Positions 50,847-61,604 of a stretch of 64,000 nt of DNA are shown piece by piece. The translations under genes and the position numbers were made by a program. The notes beneath the pieces were generated by a model. The model saw only the letters and a program-made list of their open reading frames with translations. It searched no databases and was not told the origin of the DNA. The stretch lies in contig NIVC01003928.1 in the NCBI GenBank assembly GCA_002269645.1, positions 1-64,000 of the forward strand. The letters run 5' to 3'. This DNA is from Macrostomum lignano. Lineage: Eukaryota. Each line of letters starts with the position of its first letter. Positions within the stretch are counted from its first letter, which is position 1.

Positions 50847-53800
50847 ACGCACCGGGCACTTGTTGGTACGGTATACAATGGTGGGCACTTATTTTGCAAT
50901 TTTTTTTGACACACGAAAACACGCACATACACACAGTGCAATGACCTATTAAGTATTTTTAGCATTTAAATGATGAAAAAAAGCATACATTGAAATAAAA
51001 AAGCACGTCCCATACTAATAGTATGATCTATTGAAAGTGAAGGAATAGCATATCATCGTGTAACTATATTGTCCTCAGTCGAGCGAATTCAGCATTACTT
51101 GAAATACAAGTCTTCGTTGAAGCCAATCCACATGAAGGAAAAACTAGTTACAAGCAGTCTATTTACCTTTACCTTTACTAATACGCTATAATGCTGTACG
51201 CAATATGCCTGACTAATATGAATAAAAAATTCAATTACACTTGCGCTTAGGAAAAAACCTAAAATTGACAGTGAAACTGAAAAACTGAAACGCAAAGATT
51301 AGTTAAGCAGATTAAACAAAAAATTCCGGTCGAGCGAGAAAACAGGAGTCTCGTTATTTAGAGCACTCTGGCATCCAGCATTACGCTTGCAGATTATAAA
51401 TTAGCTGCTCTCCTGAGTTCGAAGCTGACAGGTCCGTTGCAGTCGGCATCGATTGAGTCGACTGCCAATTTAGTCAATGGGTTTCGTTTCTTCTTTTCAC
51501 TGGAACCTGTGGTGGGATTAGCAAAAGATCGATTTCGCATATCTGTTTAGTGATTTCAAGGACGACAAAATCATTCTTCTCTGCATGTCAGCTCCAGAAG
51601 ATGCTAGTTTGCTTGCAGCTTTCTGTAGGAGCATTCTACTTTAGTAAAGTGTACCCATTCTAAAATAAGCTGTTTTTAATATGTCCCAACAAGTCTCTGT
51701 GCAGTGTGTCATCCGTTTGCCCATCAATTTGTTCTGGAGCCCTTTATTAATTGAGTTCTTTAGGTGACTTAACAAATGCGGAAAAAACTAGACACACACA
51801 CACAGTGGCCCAACACTTCGTGTCCCAATAATTGCTAGGAAAAATGCACTGCAGTGTTTAAGCATCTCCTCTGAGGGGCCCTTGCATGCATAGCTATAGA
51901 ATCTGCTAAGACCCGATCTGAGAGTTAAAAGTACAAAAAGTTATAACGCTTCTAGACACGAAAACGAATGCAGCCACAGCATGAACTAACCTTTTATTGA
52001 AGCTTCTGCTTTAAATACTTTGATGCTGTGAAGCATTCTGGCATCTAGCATTACTCTCGTAGACTATTAGCTGCTCTCCTGAGTTCGAAGCTGACAGGTC
52101 CGTTGCAGTCGGCATCGATTGAGTCGACTGCCAATTTAGTCAATGGGTTTCGTTTCTTCTTTTCACTGGAACCTGTGGTGGGATTAGCAAAAGATCGATT
52201 TCGCATATCTGTTTAGTGATTTCAAGGACGACAAAATCATTCTTCTCTGCATGTCAGCTCCAGAAGATGCTAGTTTGCTTGCAGCTTTCTGTAGGAGCAT
52301 TCTACTTTAGTAAAGTGTACCCATTCTAAAATAAGCTGTTTTTAATATGTCCCAACAAGTCTCTGTGCAGTGTGTCATCCGTTTGCCCATCAATTTGTTC
52401 TGGAGCCCTTTATTAATTGAGTTCTTTAGGTGACTTAACAAATGCGGAAAAAACTAGACACACACACACAGTGGCCCAACACTTCGTGTCCCAATAATTG
52501 CTAGGAAAAATGCACTGCAGTGTTTAAGCATCTCCTCTGAGGGGCCCTTGCATGCATAGCTATAGAATCTGCTAAGACCCGATCTGAGAGTTAAAAGTAC
52601 AAAAAGTTATAACGCTTCTAGACACGAAAACGAATGCAGCCACAGCATGAACTAACCTTTTATTGAAGCTTCTGCTTTAAATACTTTGATGCTGTGAAGC
52701 ATTCTGGCATCTAGCATTACTCTCGTAGACTATTAGCTGCTCTCCTGAGTTCGAAGCTGACAGGTCCGTTGCAGTCGGCATCGATTGAGTCGACTGCCAA
52801 TTTAGTCAATGGGTTTCGTTTCTTCTTTTCACTGGAACCTGTGGTGGGATTAGCAAAAGATCGATTTCGCATATCTGTTTAGTGATTTCAAGGACGACAA
52901 AATCATTCTTCTCTGCATGTCAGCTCCAGAAGATGCTAGTTTGCTTGCAGCTTTCTGTAGGAGCATTCTACTTTAGTAAAGTGTACCCATTCTAAAATAA
53001 GCTGTTTTTAATATGTCCCAACAAGTCTCTGTGCAGTGTGTCATCCGTTTGCCCATCAATTTGTTCTGGAGCCCTTTATTAATTGAGTTCTTTAGGTGAC
53101 TTAACAAATGCGGAAAAAACTAGACACACACACACAGTGGCCCAACACTTCGTGTCCCAATAATTGCTAGGAAAAATGCACTGCAGTGTTTAAGCATCTC
53201 CTCTGAGGGGCCCTTGCATGCATAGCTATAGAATCTGCTAAGACCCGATCTGAGAGTTAAAAGTACAAAAAGTTATAACGCTTCTAGACACGAAAACGAA
53301 TGCAGCCACAGCATGAACTAACCTTTTATTGAAGCTTCTGCTTTAAATACTTTGATGCTGTGAAGCATTCTGGCATCTAGCATTACTCTCGTAGACTATT
53401 AGCTGCTCTCCTGAGTTCGAAGCTGACAGGTCCGTTGCAGTCGGCATCGATTGAGTCGACTGCCAATTTAGTCAATGGGTTTCGTTTCTTCTTTTCACTG
53501 GAACCTGTGGTGGGATTAGCAAAAGATCGATTTCGCATATCTGTTTAGTGATTTCAAGGACGACAAAATCATTCTTCTCTGCATGTCAGCTCCAGAAGAT
53601 GCTAGTTTGCTTGCAGCTTTCTGTAGGAGCATTCTACTTTAGTAAAGTGTACCCATTCTAAAATAAGCTGTTTTTAATATGTCCCAACAAGTCTCTGTGC
53701 AGTGTGTCATCCGTTTGCCCATCAATTTGTTCTGGAGCCCTTTATTAATTGAGTTCTTTAGGTGACTTAACAAATGCGGAAAAAACTAGACACACACACA

Positions 53801-56800
53801 CAGTGGCCCAACACTTCGTGTCCCAATAATTGCTAGGAAAAATGCACTGCAGTGTTTAAGCATCTCCTCTGAGGGGCCCTTGCATGCATAGCTATAGAAT
53901 CTGCTAAGACCCGATCTGAGAGTTAAAAGTACAAAAAGTTATAACGCTTCTAGACACGAAAACGAATGCAGCCACAGCATGAACTAACCTTTTATTGAAG
54001 CTTCTGCTTTAAAGACTTTGATGCTGTGAAGCATTCTGGCATCTAGCATTACTCTCGTAGACTATTAGCTGCTCTCCTGAGTTCGAAGCTGACAGGTCCG
54101 TTGCAGTCGGCATCGATTGAGTCGACTGCCAATTTAGTCAATGGGTTTCGTTTCTTCTTTTCACTGGAACCTGTGGTGGGATTAGCAAAAGATCGATTTC
54201 GCATATCTGTTTAGTGATTTCAAGGACGACAAAATCATTCTTCTCTGCATGTCAGCTCCAGAAGATGCTAGTTTGCTTGCAGCTTTCTGTAGGAGCATTC
54301 TACTTTAGTAAAGTGTACCCATTCTAAAATAAGCTGTTTTTAATATGTCCCAACAAGTCTCTGTGCAGTGTGTCATCCGTTTGCCCATCAATTTGTTCTG
54401 GAGCCCTTTATTAATTGAGTTCTTTAGGTGACTTAACAAATGCGGAAAAAACTAGACACACACACACAGTGGCCCAACACTTCGTGTCCCAATAATTGCT
54501 AGGAAAAATGCACTGCAGTGTTTAAGCATCTCCTCTGAGGGGCCCTTGCATGCATAGCTATAGAATCTGCTAAGACCCGATCTGAGAGTTAAAAGTACAA
54601 AAAGTTATAACGCTTCTAGACACGAAAACGAATGCAGCCACAGCATGAACTAACCTTTTATTGAAGCTTCTGCTTTAAATACTTTGATGCTGTGAAGCAT
54701 TCTGGCATCTAGCATTACTCTCGTAGACTATTAGCTGCTCTCCTGAGTTCGAAGCTGACAGGTCCGTTGCAGTCGGCATCGATTGAGTCGACTGCCAATT
54801 TAGTCAATGGGTTTCGTTTCTTCTTTTCACTGGAACCTGTGGTGGGATTAGCAAAAGATCGATTTCGCATATCTGTTTAGTGATTTCAAGGACGACAAAA
54901 TCATTCTTCTCTGCATGTCAGCTCCAGAAGATGCTAGTTTGCTTGCAGCTTTCTGTAGGAGCATTCTACTTTAGTAAAGTGTACCCATTCTAAAATAAGC
55001 TGTTTTTAATATGTCCCAACAAGTCTCTGTGCAGTGTGTCATCCGTTTGCCCATCAATTTGTTCTGGAGCCCTTTATTAATTGAGTTCTTTAGGTGACTT
55101 AACAAATGCGGAAAAAACTAGACACACACACACACAGTGGCCCAACACTTCGTGTCCCAATAATTGCTAGGAAAAATGCACTGCAGTGTTTAAGCATCTC
55201 CTCTGAGGGGCCCTTGCATGCATAGCTATAGAATCTGCTAAGACCCGATCTGAGAGTTAAAAGTACAAAAAGTTATAACGCTTCTAGACACGAAAACGAA
55301 TGCAGCCACAGCATGAACTAACCTTTTATTGAAGCTTCTGCTTTAAAGACTTTGATGCTGTGAAGCATTCTGGCATCTAGCATTACTCTCGTAGACTATT
55401 AGCTGCTCTCCTGAGTTCGAAGCTGACAGGTCCGTTGCAGTCGGCATCGATTGAGTCGACTGCCAATTTAGTCAATGGGTTTCGTTTCTTCTTTTCACTG
55501 GAACCTGTGGTGGGATTAGCAAAAGATCGATTTCGCATATCTGTTTAGTGATTTCAAGGACGACAAAATCATTCTTCTCTGCATGTCAGCTCCAGAAGAT
55601 GCTAGTTTGCTTGCAGCTTTCTGTAGGAGCATTCTACTTTAGTAAAGTGTACCATTCTAAAATAAGCTGTTTTTAATATGTCCCAACAAGTCTCTGTGCA
55701 GTGTGTCATCCGTTTGCCCATCAATTTGTTCTGGAGCCCTTTATTAATTGAGTTCTTTAGGTGACTTAACAAATGCGGAAAAAACTAGACACACACACAC
55801 AGTGGCCCAACACTTCGTGTCCCAATAATTGCTAGGAAAAATGCACTGCAGTGTTTAAGCATCTCCTCTGAGGGGCCCTTGCATGCATAGCTATAGAATC
55901 TGCTAAGACCCGATCTGAGAGTTAAAAGTACAAAAAGTTATAACGCTTCTAGACACGAAAACGAATGCAGCCACAGCATGAACTAACCTTTTATTGAAGC
56001 TTCTGCTTTAAAGACTTTGATGCTGTGAAGCATTCTGGCATCTAGCATTACTCTCGTAGACTATTAGCTGCTCTCCTGAGTTCGAAGCTGACAGGTCCGT
56101 TGCAGTCGGCATCGATTGAGTCGACTGCCAATTTAGTCAATGGGTTTCGTTTCTTCTTTTCACTGGAACCTGTGGTGGGATTAGCAAAAGATCGATTTCG
56201 CATATCTGTTTAGTGATTTCAAGGACGACAAAATCATTCTTCTCTGCATGTCAGCTCCAGAAGATGCTAGTTTGCTTGCAGCTTTCTGTAGGAGCATTCT
56301 ACTTTAGTAAAGTGTACCATTCTAAAATAAGCTGTTTTTAATATGTCCCAACAAGTCTCTGTGCAGTGTGTCATCCGTTTGCCCATCAATTTGTTCTGGA
56401 GCCCTTTATTAATTGAGTTCTTTAGGTGACTTAACAAATGCGGAAAAAACTAGACACACACACACAGTGGCCCAACACTTCGTGTCCCAATAATTGCTAG
56501 GAAAAATGCACTGCAGTGTTTAAGCATCTCCTCTGAGGGGCCCTTGCATGCATAGCTATAGAATCTGCTAAGACCCGATCTGAGAGTTAAAAGTACAAAA
56601 AGTTATAACGCTTCTAGACACGAAAACGAATGCAGCCACAGCATGAACTAACCTTTTATTGAAGCTTCTGCTTTAAATACTTTGATGCTGTGAAGCATTC
56701 TGGCATCTAGCATTACTCTCGTAGACTATTAGCTGCTCTCCTGAGTTCGAAGCTGACAGGTCCGTTGCAGTCGGCATCGATTGAGTCGACTGCCAATTTA

Positions 56801-58460
56801 GTCAATGGGTTTCGTTTCTTCTTTTCACTGGAACCTGTGGTGGGATTAGCAAAAGATCGATTTCGCATATCTGTTTAGTGATTTCAAGGACGACAAAATC
56901 ATTCTTCTCTGCATGTCAGCTCCAGAAGATGCTAGTTTGCTTGCAGCTTTCTGTAGGAGCATTCTACTTTAGTAAAGTGTACCCATTCTAAAATAAGCTG
57001 TTTTTAATATGTCCCAACAAGTCTCTGTGCAGTGTGTCATCCGTTTGCCCATCAATTTGTTCTGGAGCCCTTTATTAATTGAGTTCTTTAGGTGACTTAA
57101 CAAATGCGGAAAAAACTAGACACACACACACAGTGGCCCAACACTTCGTGTCCCAATAATTGCTAGGAAAAATGCACTGCAGTGTTTAAGCATCTCCTCT
57201 GAGGGGCCCTTGCATGCATAGCTATAGAATCTGCTAAGACCCGATCTGAGAGTTAAAAGTACAAAACTTATAATTTTTGTGGTTGGACACGTAGGCTATT
57301 GAGTGTCAATGGATTCAGACGAAATGTCAAGTTTTACTCAAAGCTTTTACAGCTTACTGGTTAAAGTCGACGGATCCTTTGGCAATTGCGCCACATGGCA
57401 GTTGATCAAAGGTGATATACCTGAAGTAAAGGTAGGTACTGCTTAGCAGGAGCAGTATTTTTATAGCATTTAAATATAAATGCTTCTTGTTTCCGACAAA
57501 GTTTTTTAATACCACTTACATGTTTCTCGCTGTGCCATTCCATGCTGTTCTTTCCATACCATGGTGACTCGGGTGCCATGGCAGAGGCAGAGTTGACCAT
57601 TGATTTCAGCATAGCGAGTACATGCCAATTTAGTTTTACCGTACGTTTGCGGGGTGGCGTCAATAATAGACCAAAATAAAAGTACACTTAACTAGCAAGG
57701 GGACTCTGGTAAATTGGAGCCATGTACACAGGGGGTAGGGCTTAGTCCTAACATGTACGGGGTAAGTCCTAATATGAGTGGGCTTTTGTAAACGACACTC
57801 TAGCACACAGCCCCAACAATTTATAGAATATCGAATGCGCGCAGCAGTCAATAGCATGAGTCCTAACAAGAGTGGGCTGTTGTATTCAACACTGCAACAC
57901 TGTCCTAACAATTTAGTTCGTGTAGAGTACTGATGCCCATCACAGTCAGAAGTACATGTAAGCCCTTGTCATTTCTTTAGGTTTATCTCCATCCAGAACC
58001 ATCCTTTGACAATAAAATACCCTTAAAAGTGTTTTGCTATGCTTTGCTTTGTATGTATTTTAATGTATGCTATGTATTTACGTCTTGTAACAAAGACTGC
58101 AGCAAATGAATGCGCTTGAAATCTACTATTAGTAAAAATATGAGAAAAAACCAATAAAAATATGCGGGAGCAGATTAGCCATTTCAGTGTCCCAATAGTG
58201 ATTTGGTCGAATTTTGTATCATTTTTCCTTATTGGGACGCCAGTTTTTGCTTAATTATGGACTCAGAAAGTAAAATTATTAAAAATGAGTTGCACCATCA
58301 AAAAGAGGCTGTCGAGCTGAATCCATAGAGTATTTTTTTGAGCTGCTATTGTAAGTTTTTTGGAAGTGTTGGACGGACTTGATGGGACAGTCCCAACATT
58401 TTTTTTGGCCCAACAGTGCGGGTCCCGTTGTACGCGTATGGCCCAACAAATGCCCCGTGC

Positions 58461-58462
<2 letters not shown>
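50847..58462 (-). mobile_element. TIR DNA transposon-like element B (~7.6 kb) inserted in (CA)n, with internal ~666-bp array
   Basis: Left end ACGCACCGGGCACTTGTTGG; right end (reverse complement) GCGCACGGGGCATTTGTTGG. (CA)n on both sides (50815-50843, 58465-58492). The last ~105 bp align with those of element A. Confidence 0.75.
51362..57268. repeat. ~666-bp tandem array, ~8.9 near-identical copies
   Basis: Anchor GAGTTCGAAGCTGACAGG at 51415, 52081, 52747, 53413, 54079, 54745, 55413, 56078, 56743. Confidence 0.97.
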
Positions 58463-58495
<33 letters not shown>

Positions 58496-58898
58496 GGGTG
58501 GGGACGGAGCAGAAGAGAAAAGCTCAAACTGTCACGGTCCAGTCCGCTCAGGTTGCGAGACTCTCCGACCCCAGCCCACCCCATCTGCACACAGCGGAGA
58601 GCGGAGGCCCGGTGTGTGCGGATTCCTGCAGCCTCTGAGCGATACCCAAACTCACAAGGCAAGCACGTAGCCGCCATCAATCAGGGAGCGGCAGCCGGTG
58701 CGCACCACCGTCTACTGCTGAAGAGCCCAATGCATTTTATTTCTTCTTTCCTCTGCTGCTCCGCTGCTTTCGGTGCGGACCTGAGGCAGTAATTTTTTAT
58801 TGAATTCTCCTACGCCCTCAGTAGTGAGCGGCTAGCTGAAAATACAGATGGATTTAGAAATTCTCCATTTTGTCGGAAATGCTCATCCTGCAGCTTCC

Positions 58899-60239
58899 AT
58901 GGCGTCGCGGCAGGCGCACTGGGAGGCGGCACCGGCCCGACGCGCCGTCCCTTCCTCCAGTTGGCAACAGCCAGCGATGTCGGCCTCCGAGCAGCTGCAG
59001 AGCTACATCGACAGGTTCGAGAAGTCGCAAGCAGCGGAGTCGGCTCCGCCAGTTCATAACGGCTTCAGTGCGCATCAGCAGCAAGGCGCAGCAAAAAATG
59101 ACGACAAGGACGCGTGGGACTTGCTGTGCGGCCGGCACGGAGCCAGCGACGGTCACGTGAGCGTCAAGACGCGCTGCATACTGCGAGACGTCGAACGAAA
59201 ACTGGGCTACACGGAGCCCTGCTACTCTGCACAGGACAGACGTGAGTGAAACTCCAATGCTCATATGAACTTTCTGAAATCCAGCACGTCCTCAGCATGA
59301 CACACCGCAAACAATCCGCTTGCAGTGGACCTGCGCAGCATCTGGCCCAGCATGCACGAGCATCTGGAGCGGCGCTGGCGTCGTCAGCTGCGCGAACGCT
59401 ACGAAGCTCAGCAGCGCGCCGAGGCTGCAGCTGCGGCAACCGCGGCTGAGGCTTCCGCCCGCGCCGACCTGTACAGGTATAGTCGGAAGACCTCAGGCGG
59501 TACACGGCGCAGCCGCTTGCCGACGTCGCTAACTCCGCAATCAGAGGCGCCACCGGCTCGGGTGCAAGCTTCAGCAGACAGCGACGATGAGGACAAGACC
59601 GTGGAATGCAGCGACTCGGGGAGGGACGGCGGCGGCGGCGGCTCCTCGCTGGCCGTGGGTGCAACAGACGCCGCTCGGTGCAGCAAAGAGCGGCTGTGGG
59701 GCAGCGACTCCGGCATCGAGCAGTCCTGCAGCGGCGCCGCGGCCGTGACTGCCGCCACCGCCACAGCTGCAGCTGCCACCTGGCAGAGCGATAATAAAGT
59801 ATCCAGCGAGGCCGAGGCGACGGACGACCCAAGCGAAGTCGGCGGCTCCTTCGAAGAGCGGATGCGCTCCTACCGCTGCGTCCTGGAGGCTCACGAGTTG
59901 AGCTCGCGACTCCGTCAGCACCTGGAGGCCGCGTGCGCCACAACGGGCAACGGCGGCAAGAAAGTGCTCAGCGTAGAGGAGAAGGGCCGCATCCGGGACC
60001 GGCTGGCTCGGCTGCAAGGGCCGCTGCGAGGCGGCTTCATTCCGTCGGACGATGGCGAGGCAGATCGCGAGCAGCCGCCGCAGCCGGAGCCTGAGCGAAT
60101 CACCACCGAGCGGCTGGCTCAGCTGATGAGCTTGGCGCGAGGCCTCTTGCCGAGTCGAGTTGAGGAAGCTGAAGAGGACAGGCGATGGCCTGTGCTTGAT
60201 GATGCAGCTGTGGAGGCTGGTCAAGAACCCGGACAGTGA
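58899..60239 (+). CDS. Uncharacterised protein, ~418 aa, two exons
   Basis: Exons 58899-59241 and 59326-60239 joined by an 84-nt GT-AG intron (GAC AGA C/gtgagt ... ttgcag/TG GAC). GC-rich, with helical segments (HLERRWRRQLRERYEAQQ; FEERMRSYRCVLEAHEL). Confidence 0.7.
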
Positions 60240-61079
60240 GGACGTACCAAGCACCTTTTTTAGGAGCTGCGAGATATCCTTCAAGTATTTTTTTGCATTG
60301 AACATTCACGCATATTACTTGCACCAACGTATAATGCCTCACGCATCAGGTATAATAAATCAAATATAAATGTTGGAAAGGCGAACTGATGCAGCTAAAA
60401 AGTCCAAGATGCTACTGCTAGTAGGCAAGTACAAGTTTATTCTTGTTATTTTAAATCTCCATCGCGTCAAAAAAGCTATTAAAAGTATTTTGCTACTTTG
60501 TTTAAGACGATGAACAGTGTGCGTGAAGTACAGGATTCAATGAGCTACTACTGCTTGTGCACAATGGACTCAACTACGGTGAAATAGATAAGAGCCATAA
60601 ACAGGCCCCTCAACTGAAGGCTTGTCGTTGGATTTCATGCCTTATTTTGAATGCGGCCTAGTTCGAAACTTTATCGACATTAAGATAAAAGTACAAGCTA
60701 AAAAGCTAGGTTTAATAACAAATTATACAGCATACTGCTGGATTGGGGTTTTCAGCCATGTTGTGCCATTTCAAGGACACTGTAAGGCATGTACAGTGCG
60801 GCATCACTTGGACTAGGACTAGTGATGCGTTTCGTTATTGACACAAATAACTGGCAACAAGCAAAAGGGAATCACGTTGTATAGGTGAAGGCCTGAGTGC
60901 GCAGGTCCATGCTACGGTTAGTACAAGTTAATACGAGCATAAATACATGAAGCTAGTGAAAGTGCTGGATTGTATTTACAACGCCCTTGCTTGCCATGAT
61001 ATGTGGACTACATGATGAGTACCTGATACCAGTGTATTAAATTAGTCAGCAAGAGAGCATGAGATCATATTATCGCGGG

Positions 61080-61545
61080 CGTTGTCAGGGGTGCCATTGT
61101 GGGTGTTGTCAGTGGAGCTACAGTGGGTGTTGTCAGTGGAGCTACAGTGGGTGTTGTCGGGGGTGCCACAGTGGGTGTTGTCAGTGGAGCTACAGTGGGT
61201 GTTGTCAGTGGAGCTACAGTGGGTGTTGTCAGTGGAGCTACAGTGGGTGTTGTCGGGGGTGCCACAGTGGGTGTTGTCAGTGGAGCTACAGTGGGTGTTG
61301 TCAGTGGAGCCACAGTGGGTGTTGTCAGTGGAGCTACAGTGGGTGTTGTCAGTGGAGCTACAGTGGGTGTTGTCAGTGGAGCTACAGTGGGTGTTTTCGG
61401 GGGTGCCACAGTGGGTGTTGTCAGTGGAGCTACAGTGGGTGTTGTCGGGGAGCTACAGTGGGTGTTGTCAGTGGAGCTACAGTGGGTGTTGTCAGTGGAG
61501 CTACAGTGGGTGTTGTCGGGGGTGTCACAGTGGGTGTTGTCGGGG
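61080..61545. repeat. 24-bp repeat GGGTGTTGTCAGTGGAGCTACAGT just 3' of the MDH-like stop codon
   Basis: Direct inspection. Confidence 0.93.
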
Positions 61546-61604
61546 GCGCAAAGATCTTTATTTGACACTCTGTAAGCCAACAATCGAAGTCCTTCCATTG
61601 ATTC

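Noticed and set aside
52040-52140. EF-hand-like peptide IDADCNGPVSFEL on the minus strand of the 666-bp unit
   Set aside because: Lacks the position-12 Glu and the flanking helix, and is followed shortly by a stop. Likely chance.
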